Assembly: GCA_021513695.1 (NCBI GenBank)
Contig: CP084166.1
Location: 896,001-960,000, forward strand
Source: Candidatus Heimdallarchaeum aukensis
GTDB lineage: Archaea > Asgardarchaeota > Heimdallarchaeia > Heimdallarchaeales > Heimdallarchaeaceae
Reading direction: 5' to 3'
Length of the DNA: 64,000 nucleotides
Shown here one piece after another: positions 10,586 through 21,285 of the stretch. Position numbers and translations under genes: made by a program. Position 1 is the first letter of the stretch, and each line of letters opens with the position of its first letter. The notes beneath the pieces were generated by a model. The model saw only the letters and a program-made list of their open reading frames with translations, was not told the origin of the DNA and did no database searches.

Positions 10586-11030
10586 ATGGATATAAAAATG
10601 GACATTAATAAATTCAAAAATCAAAACATCTTGATAATTAGTGAAAATGGTTTTATTGGTTCTCACCTTTTTCTAAAGCTTAGACATTTATCTAAAAATA
10701 TTATTAGAACAGTTTATTCACATAATTCAGAGAAAAATCAATTGTACAAATTTTACTATATCCATGTATTATTTGTTCAGCTGATGATTTAGAAGATGAA
10801 TATGCAATTGATGGGATTTAATAGATGTGTTTCATCTATAGGTAAATATTTAGTTTTTCCATAAACCAGACCAGATGATGAAAATACAAATTTTGAATCC
10901 TCTTGATATTTTCTAATGTTTTCCATTATATTTAAAGTTCCAAAAGTATTGACTTGATAACAAAGCTCTGGCTTTTTTATTGATTCATAAACATCAATTA
11001 AACTTGCTAGGTAATATATGATATTGAAAT
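10586..11030. pseudogene. Scrambled remnants of an NAD-dependent epimerase/dehydratase gene: N-terminal fragment on the + strand, internal fragment on the - strand
   Basis: Plus-strand ORF 10586-10792 has the Rossmann motif ILIISENGFIGSHL. The reverse complement of about 10800-11030 translates to ...CYQVNTFGTLNIMENIRKYQEDSKFVFSSSGLVYGKTKYLPIDETHLLNP, typical of the SDR epimerase core. The fragments are in opposite orientation. Confidence 0.5.
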
Positions 11031-11317
11031 TTTAAAATTATTACAATAATATCCTACAAACGATTTGGTTATACTATTAAGATATATAAGTGAAGTAGAT
11101 AAAATAAATAAAAACTACCTCACTTTTAAATCTTTATAAGTTTAGTTCTTTATAAATTTTGGTTAATCTTACTACATTTTTCTCATTATAATACTTTTTT
11201 TTATTATTTTTTTATTTATCATGAGACATTCATGAAATGTAGAGACTAGGTCTAACCTACTGTAACTCAGATCTCTTTTTTTCTTCCTCTCTTATTACAA
11301 TTTTCCCCCTTCACTAG

Positions 11318-12081
11318 GGTAGTGTCTAGTTTTTATACCACCTCCTAGGTAAAAAGGAACTAAGGGGAGGATGTCCCAAGCTCTGATGAGGACGAACGAA
11401 ATTATAATGGAGCATAAAGAGAGTAAGAAAACCAGAAAGATGAGTAGAGCCATAGACGGCACGGATAGGACAAGTGCAGTGGAGAATAGAATGAAACCAA
11501 CGATAACTCTTAAGAGTAGCATTAAAACGTTCAATATAGGAGCGTAAACCACCTTTGATAACGGAGATTTTGATACCTAGACGAAGTAAGACAGGATACC
11601 ATACCCCTGCATCTGTAACGACAATACGGGGCTTAAAACCCCAACATTTGAGCCAATAACGGAAAGTTAGTAAACATTCAAGATTACTCCGTCCTTTAGT
11701 AATACTAAAACCCAGTAAAGTCTTGTTGTAAGGATCTAACGCGAACCACAGATATATTGAGCCTTGAGAGGTCCTAATCTCTGTTTCATCTACTACTATA
11801 ATCTCTGGTATTCCCCCTCTCTCTGCTACAACTCTATGTAAACTTTCCCTAAAGAGCCTGAACTTCTTTACCCAATACCATAATGTTTGATGCGTTAAAC
11901 CATTCTTCCATGCTACTGTCCTCAACCCATTCTTTGAACCAATATATTCATAAATCGCTTTTATTATTATTTTTTTGGGGACTCTGCATCTCTTAAAAAG
12001 AGCAGATAGTTTTTGTGTTTTCATATCTTACTATTAGAGTCCCCACAAATATTTTTGTCGGAAGAAAACTAGACACTACCC
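11318..12081 (-). mobile_element. Intact IS6-family insertion sequence, 764 bp, 17-bp terminal inverted repeats GGGTAGTGTCTAGTTTT, flanked by an 8-bp target site duplication TTCACTAG
   Basis: Perfect IRs at 11318-11334 and 12065-12081. Identical 8-bp direct repeats lie immediately outside at 11310-11317 and 12082-12089; IS6 elements generate 8-bp TSDs. Confidence 0.8.
11326..12024 (-). CDS. IS6-family DDE transposase
   Basis: 232 aa; VVDETEI, IVVTDAG and ERFNATLKS with C-terminal HQSLGH motif, as in the IS26/IS240 transposase family. Confidence 0.75.
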   Translation of the reverse strand: MKTQKLSALFKRCRVPKKIIIKAIYEYIGSKNGLRTVAWKNGLTHQTLWYWVKKFRLFRESLHRVVAERGGIPEIIVVDETEIRTSQGSIYLWFALDPYNKTLLGFSITKGRSNLECLLTFRYWLKCWGFKPRIVVTDAGVWYPVLLRLGIKISVIKGGLRSYIERFNATLKSYRWFHSILHCTCPIRAVYGSTHLSGFLTLFMLHYNFVRPHQSLGHPPLSSFLPRRWYKN

Positions 12082-12467
12082 TTCACTAGCCTCCTAACCT
12101 TCTTATATTAGAGAAATAATTTATTAAAAGAAACATTTTTCTAGTACCCAAAAGTATAACCCATGTCTATCGAGTGAACAACTAGGGAAATAGTAATCAA
12201 AAATTCTTCATATATTGAATAATCTGATATTGGATATTTGAAATTAAGTCCAATTTCCGCTTACAAATTCCTCTTTTGAAGTTTTGTATATACTTCTTTA
12301 TACATGCATATTATAAAATGAAAACATAAGCTTAATTTATATTCTTCTTTTTGACATATTATTTTAATCATTATAGAGAAAAATAGAGTTTCAATTAGAA
12401 AAAATAAATTTTTATTATAGAAAAAAAATATTAACTTGTGAGTTTTATATTGCGTGAGATGATAACA

Positions 12468-13394
12468 ATGAATTCAGATTTATCACTAAAAGACAAGAAA
12501 ATTTTATTAACAGGTGGTAGTGGTTTTTTTGGAAGTTTTATTCTTGATGAATTAAATAAAGAGGAAGTTTCTGAAATTATTGTACCAAGGTCATCAAGGC
12601 ATGATTTACGTAATAGAGATGATGTACAAGATGTAATGGACGGAGTTGACATCGTAATACATGCTGCAGGAATTGTATCTGGTATTGGGGGAATTCAAGA
12701 AATACCTGCAAAAATTTTTTATGATAACGCAATAATGGGCTTGCATATAATGGAAGAAGCAAAAAATTTTGGAATTAAGAAATTAGTAAATATAGGTACT
12801 GCTTGTTCATATCCCAAATTTGCACCTATACCCTTAAAAGAGAAAGATTTATGGGCTGGATATCCTGAAGAAACCAAAGCTTCTTATGGTATCGCTAAAC
12901 GTTTACTAGTAGAAGGTGCAAGAGTTTATCATCATCAATATAATTTAAATGTTATCCCACTAATAATATTTAATCTATATGGACCTCGTGACAATTTTGA
13001 TTTAGCTACCTCTCATGTAATACCTGCTTTAATTCGAAAATGCTTAGAATCAAACAAGTTAGTGGTTTGGGGAGATGGAACTCCAACAAGAAGTTTTTTG
13101 TATGTCAAAGACGCAGCAAAAGCTGTGATATTGGCAACAAAAAAATATAATAAACATTACCCTGTAAATATAGGTACATCTGAAGAAACTAGTATTAAAA
13201 ATCTTGTAGAATTAATAGCTGAATTAACTGGTTTTAATGGTGAAATAATCTATGATAAAACAAAACCTAATGGACAACCTAGGCGATGTGCAGATGTTTC
13301 GTTAGCAAAAAAAGAATTTAATTTTGAAGCTAAATATTCATTAAAACAAGGATTAAAGGAAACAATTGATTGGTATAAAAAAAATTTTAACTGA
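12468..13394 (+). CDS. NAD-dependent epimerase/dehydratase (extended SDR; GDP-L-fucose synthase-like)
   Basis: GxxGxxG Rossmann motif ILLTGGSGFFGSFI and catalytic YGIAKRL (YxxxK); about 310 aa. Confidence 0.75.
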   Translation: MNSDLSLKDKKILLTGGSGFFGSFILDELNKEEVSEIIVPRSSRHDLRNRDDVQDVMDGVDIVIHAAGIVSGIGGIQEIPAKIFYDNAIMGLHIMEEAKNFGIKKLVNIGTACSYPKFAPIPLKEKDLWAGYPEETKASYGIAKRLLVEGARVYHHQYNLNVIPLIIFNLYGPRDNFDLATSHVIPALIRKCLESNKLVVWGDGTPTRSFLYVKDAAKAVILATKKYNKHYPVNIGTSEETSIKNLVELIAELTGFNGEIIYDKTKPNGQPRRCADVSLAKKEFNFEAKYSLKQGLKETIDWYKKNFN

Positions 13395-14202
13395 AAATTT
13401 TGACTTTTTTGTTTAATTTTAATTAATTACTGTTATATCACGATATTCATAAATAAAAGTTATTGATAACAATGTAGAAATAATTAATTATTAGAAATCT
13501 CAATTTTAATTCTTCAGTGATCCTTCTGGAGGAAGTTTTATGTTTTCAGAAAAAAAATATAAATCCATCCCTACCATAAATGATGCGTAAAATCCACGAT
13601 CATAAATCTTTCGCCATACATATGAATTATTTTTGTTTGGTGGATAATTAATAATACAGGATTTATGATTTTAGGGAGAATTAGTGGTAGCAGCATATTT
13701 ATCAATCTTTAAAATTGGCTAACATATACATTAGCATTCTGCATTGTTAGAATATAGCAAAGATAAGAACCAAGAAAAACTGAACCACCAGTTACAAAAA
13801 TACTTTGATTCTCAATTTTTATTTCTCTCTTTTTTAAATTATTGTATTTTAATCTTCATTGATGAATATAAAAATTAATTTGGTTATATATAAAAATCTA
13901 TATCAATTTTAATATGGCTTTTAGAAAATAAAATTTATTTTAGTTTTAAAACAATGAAGAGGATTATTTAAAAGAAAATTGTTAAAAGAAAAAATTAATA
14001 TTCATAAGTTCACATAAAATAGCCACAAACTATTAAGATAATGGAATAAATAGGAAACAGATATTCATATGACTATAAAAGTATATGATTTTTGTCTTTT
14101 AGAATAGAAAATACAAATTTTTTTTGTAGATGTAATTCTAAATATCCCTTTACTTTTAATAAAAACCTAATCTTTATAATAAGATTAGTAATTATTCTTC
14201 AT

Positions 14203-15333
14203 ATGGATAAAGTTATAATAATTGGTCCCTCTTCAAAATTCTTAAGTGGTATCACATATTATACAATTAATATAGCAAATTTGTTAAGAAAAGATAAAAA
14301 AATTTTTATTTTTGAAATAGATCAATTATTACCAAAATTTTTATTTCCTGGGTCAGGAAGAGTGGGTAAAATACAAACAATCTCTACTTATAAAGAAGAA
14401 GTCTCAGTTAGCCATATTAAAATGAAATATTATTCAATACCTTCAATAATTAAAGCAGCAAAGTCTATAAACATGTTAAAACCAAAGGTAGTAATCTTTC
14501 AATGGTGGTCTTGTACAGTAGCACACATTTATTATTTTTTAATAAAACTTATTTCAAAAGAGATTAAAATCATTTTTGAGTTTCATGAAATTTTAGATAC
14601 AAGCGAAGCTTCATTTTTTCTTCTAAAAATTTATACGAGTTTGATGATGAAATTGTTGTTAAAGGAAGTTACAATATTTATAACTCATTCAGTTTCCGAT
14701 AAGAAAAAAGTAATAAAAACTTATAAAATAGATGAAAGCAAAATTCAAGTTATACCTCATCTTACAACAACTACCTATTCTTTAATAAGTAAAAATATTG
14801 CTAGAAAAAAATTTAATTTACCAATGAACTCAATCGTCTTGGTATTTTTTGGATTAATTAGAAAATATAAAGGAATCAACATTTTAGTTAAAGCTTTTGA
14901 ACAATTAAAAATAAACAGCTTAAAAAAGCCATTACTTATTATTGCTGGAGAGATATGGGATCCATTAGACAAGAAAACTAACAAGATAATAAATGAAAAT
15001 AGAAATATTATTCTTATTAACAAATACTTATCAGATGAGGAGGTAGAATATTTAATCTCTGCTGCAGATTGTTTTGTATTACCATATACTAGAGCATCTC
15101 AGAGTGGAGTATTAAGTATAATACATAATACAGGCAAACCTGTAATATTATCTGACATAAAAGAATTCGTGGAAGCTTCAAAACATTATAGTAATTCTAT
15201 TTTCTTTAAGAGAAATGATATTATAGATTTAAAATCAAAAATAGAAAAATTCACTAAAAATCATAATGATTTTAATATTAAGCCAGTTAACAACAATGAA
15301 AGAGTTAAAGAATTATATCTTTCTGTAATGTAA
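14203..15333 (+). CDS. Glycosyltransferase (GT4-like, GT-B fold)
   Basis: Start taken at the internal Met (MDKVIIIGPSS). C-terminal FVLPYTRASQSGVLSIIHNTGKPVILSDIKEF resembles the GT4 donor-binding segment. Confidence 0.55.
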   Translation: MDKVIIIGPSSKFLSGITYYTINIANLLRKDKKIFIFEIDQLLPKFLFPGSGRVGKIQTISTYKEEVSVSHIKMKYYSIPSIIKAAKSINMLKPKVVIFQWWSCTVAHIYYFLIKLISKEIKIIFEFHEILDTSEASFFLLKIYTSLMMKLLLKEVTIFITHSVSDKKKVIKTYKIDESKIQVIPHLTTTTYSLISKNIARKKFNLPMNSIVLVFFGLIRKYKGINILVKAFEQLKINSLKKPLLIIAGEIWDPLDKKTNKIINENRNIILINKYLSDEEVEYLISAADCFVLPYTRASQSGVLSIIHNTGKPVILSDIKEFVEASKHYSNSIFFKRNDIIDLKSKIEKFTKNHNDFNIKPVNNNERVKELYLSVM

Positions 15334-15463
15334 TTATATATTTCTAAAAGAGGAGATAAAATCATTGTTACGCTTACAGACAAGCTATTATGAATCGAAA
15401 TTCTCAAATGAAAGTAATATTATATGTTTTTGTCTATCTTCAATTAAATATTAAATAATTAAT

Positions 15464-16470
15464 AAAGCATGTCCAAAAATTAATTTTTATTAATGTGGGG
15501 GTTTATGTCGGAAGTATGAGTTTCTTTCAGATCATAGACCCCCACAAAGCAAGAGAATTCATAATCATTAATGAACCTTTCCTTAAGAAACTGGTGAAAG
15601 AGGAACCGAGAGAAAGTAAGAGAGGGAGAAAAAGAATAGCAGAAAGGTGGGTGATACTGGCTTTAGCGATCATTGCGAGAATAGAAGGAATTGCTTGGAG
15701 GAAGTTAGAGGAAAAGTTGTCTTTATGCGATTTTTTGATAGAAGAGGGGTGGATGAAGAAGATTCCTTCCAAATCTACTTTTCATGCAGTGTGGAGAGCG
15801 ACAGAAAGTAAGTTGCTGGAGCGGTGGATAATAGATTTAGGTAGGGAAAATAGTAAGGAAAAAAGGGTTGAAAGCTATGTCGGTGGATAGTTCAGGTTTT
15901 AAAATTCGTCAAGCTTCTGTTTGGCGTTTTCTCAAGTGGGCAAGAGGAGGACTAAAGAAAACCTCCAAACTTTTCTGGAAGATACACCTTATAGTTGGTT
16001 TACCCTCTCGAGCTATAGTCTCTCTTGCTCATTCTGCTAGTAACACTCACGATAGTAAAGTCTTCGGTTTACTATGGCAGAAACTTCCTTCTGCACTCTT
16101 GAGACCTTTCTTGAGATTCTATGGAGACTGCGCTTACTGGACAGAAAATATCGTGGGACTTCTTAGCCAACATTCCTTTTTTCCTGTTATTCCTCCAAAA
16201 AGTAATGCTCGTTATCCCTCTCCTCCTCCTCTTGGACCAATAGTTCAAGCTCATCGTCTCTACCCTGGTCTCTATCGTCATAATCACCACCCCGAGTATC
16301 GTAGTAGTATTGAACATGTCTTTGGTCTCCTCAAACTCTCTCTTCCCCCGATTCTTGATCGCTTACCCTCCACCATCCTCTCTACCTTGTACAGTTCTCT
16401 TCTCTGTTACAACTACCTTTTACTCCTTCGGACTGTATAGTTGGTGAAAAAGAATTTTTGGACATGCTTT
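15464..16470 (+). mobile_element. IS element copy 2 (IS4/IS5-like), same IRs as copy 1, transposase inactivated by a 1-bp insertion
   Basis: Inverted repeats AAAGCATGTCCAAAAATT at both ends. Sequence is identical to copy 1 except an extra A in the A-run at about 15847 (GGGAAAATAG vs GGGAAATAG). Confidence 0.8.
15495..16440 (+). pseudogene. Frameshifted transposase of IS copy 2
   Basis: The transposase reading frame is split into 131-aa and 190-aa ORFs whose translations are identical to the N- and C-terminal parts of the 8376-9320 protein. Confidence 0.75.
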
Positions 16471-16600
16471 AATAATTAAATACTAAATAATAATTTAATA
16501 ATTAAATATTAAATAATAAAAAAATTTATTTTGGAATACATATTCTATTTTAATTTCTAAAAGAAAAAAATATAAAAATATTTGAATCTTTACATTAAGT

Positions 16601-17704
16601 ATGTTATCAGAAAAAGAAATTTTCCGTGAAATAAATGCTAAACATAAAAAAATTCTTATAGATCCTGAAAATTTAGATTCTTATTTGTCAAATTTTGATA
16701 AAGAAAAAAAAGATTTATTTGATCCAAAAAAACTAGAAGGTTCTAGGGTTTTAATTACCGGTATTACCGGATTTGTAGGAAGTCATTTAGCAGAGAAACT
16801 TGTAGGATTAGACTCTGATATTGATGTTTATGGTGTTGTGCGAAGACAATCTGTACCTAACTTCCCAAATATTAAACATATTGTTAATGACATAAATCTA
16901 ATAGAAGCAAATTTGATAGATTATTCTTCTTTAGAACATACTATTAATAATGTAGAACCAGACTATATTTTCCATCTAGCAGCTCAATCTTTTGTACCAA
17001 CTTCTTTTATTGCACCAATTGAGTCTGTAACAATAAACATTCAAGGAACAGTAAATTTACTTGAAATTCTTCGTAAAAGTGAAATTAATTTCAGTGGAAT
17101 TCAAGTTGCCTGCAGTAGTGAGCAATATGGACTTGTCTATCCTGATGAAGTTCCAATAAATGAGAACAATCCATTTAGACCACAATCACCTTATGCTGTT
17201 AGTAAAATAGCAACTGAAAAATATAGTTTAACTTATCATAGAGCTTATGGTTTACCAATTGTAATTACAAGAGGTTTTAATCATACAGGTCCAAGAAGAG
17301 GAATAAAGTTTGTTACTTCAGTAATCGCAAGTCAAATCGCAAATATTATTAATGGCAAAGGAAATAAGATAATAATCGGAAACCCCAAACCAATAAGAGA
17401 TTTTACATTTATTGAAGATATGATACAAGGATATATTTTATCAATAATAAAAGGAAAAAGAGGTGAGGTTTACAATCTTGGTCATGGATTTGGAATTAGT
17501 ATAGAGAATTTGATTAAACTTACTGCATCTATTTACGATGTTAGCTATGAAATTGAAATTGATAAATCAAGATATCGACCAGCAGAGGTAAACATTCTTG
17601 TATGTGATTATTCAAAAGCTAAAAAAGAACTAGGTTATTATCCACAATATTCGTTAGTTGAGACTATCAGAAAAATTGTTGAATTTTACTTAGAAAAAAC
17701 GTAA
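16601..17704 (+). CDS. NDP-sugar 4,6-dehydratase / NAD-dependent epimerase (extended SDR)
   Basis: 367 aa; VLITGITGFVGSHL Rossmann motif, SPYAVSKIATEKY catalytic YxxxK; adjacent to a DegT-family aminotransferase (dehydratase + aminotransferase = amino-deoxy-sugar pathway). Confidence 0.8.
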   Translation: MLSEKEIFREINAKHKKILIDPENLDSYLSNFDKEKKDLFDPKKLEGSRVLITGITGFVGSHLAEKLVGLDSDIDVYGVVRRQSVPNFPNIKHIVNDINLIEANLIDYSSLEHTINNVEPDYIFHLAAQSFVPTSFIAPIESVTINIQGTVNLLEILRKSEINFSGIQVACSSEQYGLVYPDEVPINENNPFRPQSPYAVSKIATEKYSLTYHRAYGLPIVITRGFNHTGPRRGIKFVTSVIASQIANIINGKGNKIIIGNPKPIRDFTFIEDMIQGYILSIIKGKRGEVYNLGHGFGISIENLIKLTASIYDVSYEIEIDKSRYRPAEVNILVCDYSKAKKELGYYPQYSLVETIRKIVEFYLEKT

Positions 17705-17729
17705 TCTTAAATTATAGGGTGATTTTATA

Positions 17730-18998
17730 ATGAAGTTAGAAACAGCATTGAATGAAATTAAGAATATTGTAGATATGTATTTCTCTGAAAATGATATTTA
17801 TAAAGATGAAACGAAGATAAGGCTTATTGCTCCTTCATATGGAACTAAAGAAGTGATAGAAGTAATAGAATCACTTCTTTCCACTAATGTAACAATGGGT
17901 AAAAAAGTTAGTGAATTTGAAAATATGTTTTCAACATACTTAAATGTGAAATATGGTACTATGGTAAATTCTGGTTCAAGTGCAAATTTAATAGCTCTTC
18001 AAATTTTATCAAATCCTGCTATTAGAAATAATATTAAACCTAAAGACGAAATTATTACTCCAGCTTTAACTTGGTCTACTACTGTTTTTCCAATGTTTGA
18101 TATTCATGCAGTTCCTGTATTTGTTGATGTGGATCCTAAAACTTTGACTATTGATGTTAACCAACTAAAAAGCGCTTTATCTAAGAAAACTAAGGCAATA
18201 ATGCCAGTTCATCTTTTAGGTCATCCATGTGATATGGACTACATAACAGAATTTGCTGAAGATAATTCATTGTACATAATTGAAGATTGTTGTGAAGCTC
18301 ATGGAGCAATGTGGAAAGGTAAGAAAGTTGGTAGTTTTGGTGATATCGGTACTTTTAGTTTCTTTTTTTCTCATCATATATCTACGATAGAGGGTGGGAT
18401 TGTTGTTACTAATAACGAAGAATATAATCTTTTATCAAAATCTTTGAGGGCCCATGGTTGGATTCGAGAGAGAAAAGATAGGTCGATTTTAGCTAAAAAA
18501 TATCCTTTTATCAGTGAAAAATATCTTTTTATAAATAAAGGATATAATTTAAGACCTACAGAACTTCAAGGCGCATTTGGAATACATCAAATTAAGAAAT
18601 TAGATGATTTCATTAAAATTAGAGAAGAAAATGCAAAATATTGGTTATCTGAACTTGATGAAATAAAGCATCTTATACAGTTACCAACCATTAAGAAAGA
18701 TGTTAAGCATTCATGGTTTGGTTTTCCCTTAATAGTTAAAGATGAAGCTCCATTTAAAAAAGATGACTTAATTCAATATCTTGAATTAAATAACATTGAA
18801 ACTCGTCCAATTATGTCAGGTAACATTACAGAACATCCAGCTTTAAAATATTTCAAATGGCGTAAGATCGGTAATTTGGAAGTATCCTCGAAAGTTATGA
18901 AGAATGGCTTTTTCTTTGGTAATCATCTAGGTATTAAAAACTACGAAAGAGAATTTATTGCGGAGAAAATTAGAGAGTTCATAGATTATAAAACTTAG
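17730..18998 (+). CDS. DegT/DnrJ/EryC1/StrS-family PLP-dependent sugar aminotransferase
   Basis: 422 aa; conserved segments SGSSANLIAL, IEDCCEAHGA, FSFFFSHHISTIEGG, YNLRPTELQGAFG typical of the family. Confidence 0.85.
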   Translation: MKLETALNEIKNIVDMYFSENDIYKDETKIRLIAPSYGTKEVIEVIESLLSTNVTMGKKVSEFENMFSTYLNVKYGTMVNSGSSANLIALQILSNPAIRNNIKPKDEIITPALTWSTTVFPMFDIHAVPVFVDVDPKTLTIDVNQLKSALSKKTKAIMPVHLLGHPCDMDYITEFAEDNSLYIIEDCCEAHGAMWKGKKVGSFGDIGTFSFFFSHHISTIEGGIVVTNNEEYNLLSKSLRAHGWIRERKDRSILAKKYPFISEKYLFINKGYNLRPTELQGAFGIHQIKKLDDFIKIREENAKYWLSELDEIKHLIQLPTIKKDVKHSWFGFPLIVKDEAPFKKDDLIQYLELNNIETRPIMSGNITEHPALKYFKWRKIGNLEVSSKVMKNGFFFGNHLGIKNYEREFIAEKIREFIDYKT

Positions 18999-19081
18999 AT
19001 ATCCTTTAAAATAAACTGTTAAATAATATAGAAATTTCCTAAAAAATACTTCTAACATTTTTTATTTTGTTTTTCTGCTAA

Positions 19082-19903
19082 TTATCTTTCTATAATTATT
19101 ATGTATCTTTTTCTTGTTCCTGCTTTGATTTCTATATAACCACACTCTTTTTTTTCACAAAACAACCTACGTAATTTCTCCAATTGGTTTTTGTTCATTA
19201 ATTGTAAAGTAATCAAATTAATTCTAACGTCATTATTATTCATTGCTTCATTCAGCAATTTAATAGCAAAATCTAACTCTCTCTCTCCAGCAATAAGTTC
19301 AGATTGTACTCCTTTCCACCCCCTTTGTTTTTCAAGTTTCGTCAAATCTGCAGGATAGATGGGTGGGTAACACATTAAAGCTGTGTATTTTCCTTCAGGT
19401 ACAATTTCTTTTATTATTTGCCCTTCTGATTTAATCAAAGTTATTAAGCTGCTTAATTTATTTTTCACTATATTTCTTTGTGCTAGTTGATAAGATATTT
19501 CATTTATTTCTGTAGCTAAAACTTTTCTCTTGTATTTTTTAGCGAGTAGCATTGCTATTGCTGCACTGGCTCCTGTCCCAATCTCGATTATAGGGTAGGA
19601 AAAGTTTGCAATTTTACTTGTGAGCAGTTCATTTATTGCTTCGACGTAAGCCATTCTTAGACTATAAGAAGGAATTAAGTGCCCTTTTGGTAGTTCAATA
19701 TCTAAATCTGCTAATTCTTTAAACAAGCACTTATTAAGTTCTGATAGAGTTTCAGGATCACCCAAATCAAATTTAGGAGGATTTTTGCTTATTAAGTATT
19801 TCTCCAATTTAGGGTATTTAGCAACTAATTTTTCGAATTTCATCCCTAAATGCTTAGCTTCTATAATTTTTAGTGGTTCTTTAATCATGCTTAGTCCTAT
19901 CAT
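19082..19903 (-). CDS. SAM-dependent methyltransferase with (N/C)PPY-type motif (RlmF/METTL16- or HemK-like N-methyltransferase)
   Basis: Motif I EIGTGASAAIAMLL, acidic motif II ATEINE, and CYPPIY resembling the (D/N/S)PP(Y/F) motif of amino-group methyltransferases. Confidence 0.5.
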   Translation of the reverse strand: MIGLSMIKEPLKIIEAKHLGMKFEKLVAKYPKLEKYLISKNPPKFDLGDPETLSELNKCLFKELADLDIELPKGHLIPSYSLRMAYVEAINELLTSKIANFSYPIIEIGTGASAAIAMLLAKKYKRKVLATEINEISYQLAQRNIVKNKLSSLITLIKSEGQIIKEIVPEGKYTALMCYPPIYPADLTKLEKQRGWKGVQSELIAGERELDFAIKLLNEAMNNNDVRINLITLQLMNKNQLEKLRRLFCEKKECGYIEIKAGTRKRYIIIIER

Positions 19904-20102
19904 TTACTAACTATATAATAATCTAGTTATATTTTGGCTAACTAATTTTTTAACAATAAAGGCTTGATAAAAATCCTCTCATTTTTCATAGTTAATATAT
20001 TGAAAATACCAAAAATGCAACAATTTTTTGAACACTAAAAAAGAGTACAAATTAATTTGAAAAAAAAATATTAATTAGAAATAAAAAGTGAAGAAAGTAA
20101 AG

Positions 20103-21059
20103 TTAAATTTTTGCTTTTGATCTAAAAGGTAATTTAGCAGAAATAGCTTTCCAATCCATGATAAAGTATTCTATTACCAAATCAATAACTAGTACAATAA
20201 TAGAAACTATACCAACCAAAGGAATAGTACTGAAAAATCCTAGAGCAAAATAAGTTGCCAGGTAGAGTAAATGAAAACTTGTAAATAAAGCAAAAGGAAG
20301 AATATTAGTTATTTTTTCGATTCTAAAATGTCCCGCAAAAATAGAGATTAGTATAACTGTTAAAGCAATAAAAACAAACAACAGAACAAGATAAAACCAA
20401 TACCAAACAACAATTATTCCTTTAGCAAGAAGAAATAGATTAAAGCGATAAGTTCCTTCAAAAGCTAAATAAAGAGGAATGTAACCCAAAAAAGGAACAA
20501 TTAAGTGATAAACAATTACAAGTAAATTTACTTTGTCTCTCCAAATTTTACGCTCTAAACGTAGTATAGAACTGAAAATTAAAACAATAAAAAACCAACC
20601 CATGTAATTAGTCCAAATAACACCAAAGTAAGTAAGAGGAGAAATATAAGTAGGCAAACCATATCCCCAATCCCAAAATCCACCATCAATTCTAATAGCA
20701 ATAGCATCCATAGTTAGATCAAGTGTTAAAGCTAACAAAGTGTCTAAAAAAGGGCGAGATATAGGATGCAAACCAAAATGGTCAGTAGTATCCATTGAAC
20801 AGGTAATAATCATTGCCCAACAAAAAGCAACAACTAATGGGACATTGTTGGGAGCACGACCAAACTGTAATAGAAAAAGAGTTGAATAGTGATAACTGTC
20901 ATATAAGAAGATACTCAGATACTCAATACTCAAACCAAATAAAGTAGCGGAAAGGAAATTCAACAAACGAGACCATCGCTTAAGAAAAATAAATCTGACT
21001 AGAAATACAAGATAAAGGACTTCAAAATAAATCTCAAAAAAATAAGTAAGCCAAACCAT
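20103..21059 (-). CDS. Integral membrane protein of unknown function
   Basis: 318 aa, 8-10 predicted TM helices; no recognisable motif. Confidence 0.4.
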   Translation of the reverse strand: MVWLTYFFEIYFEVLYLVFLVRFIFLKRWSRLLNFLSATLFGLSIEYLSIFLYDSYHYSTLFLLQFGRAPNNVPLVVAFCWAMIITCSMDTTDHFGLHPISRPFLDTLLALTLDLTMDAIAIRIDGGFWDWGYGLPTYISPLTYFGVIWTNYMGWFFIVLIFSSILRLERKIWRDKVNLLVIVYHLIVPFLGYIPLYLAFEGTYRFNLFLLAKGIIVVWYWFYLVLLFVFIALTVILISIFAGHFRIEKITNILPFALFTSFHLLYLATYFALGFFSTIPLVGIVSIIVLVIDLVIEYFIMDWKAISAKLPFRSKAKI

Positions 21060-21285
21060 TAAGTATTAAAAGAGAGTTTTTTAAAAAAACCTTTTGGGTA
21101 TAGTAAAAAATAGCAAGGGAAAACAATAATTCTAAACATGTTTATGTTATGTTTTCTTGCGTCAAAAGTAGATGGAATAACAATTAGAGTTATTGGGTAT
21201 TTAATTTATAACATATTTCCAAGATAGCTCTTGTTTGGCTAATTTAAAAAACTGTAAATCTATTTGGTGTAAATTACATAACAGC

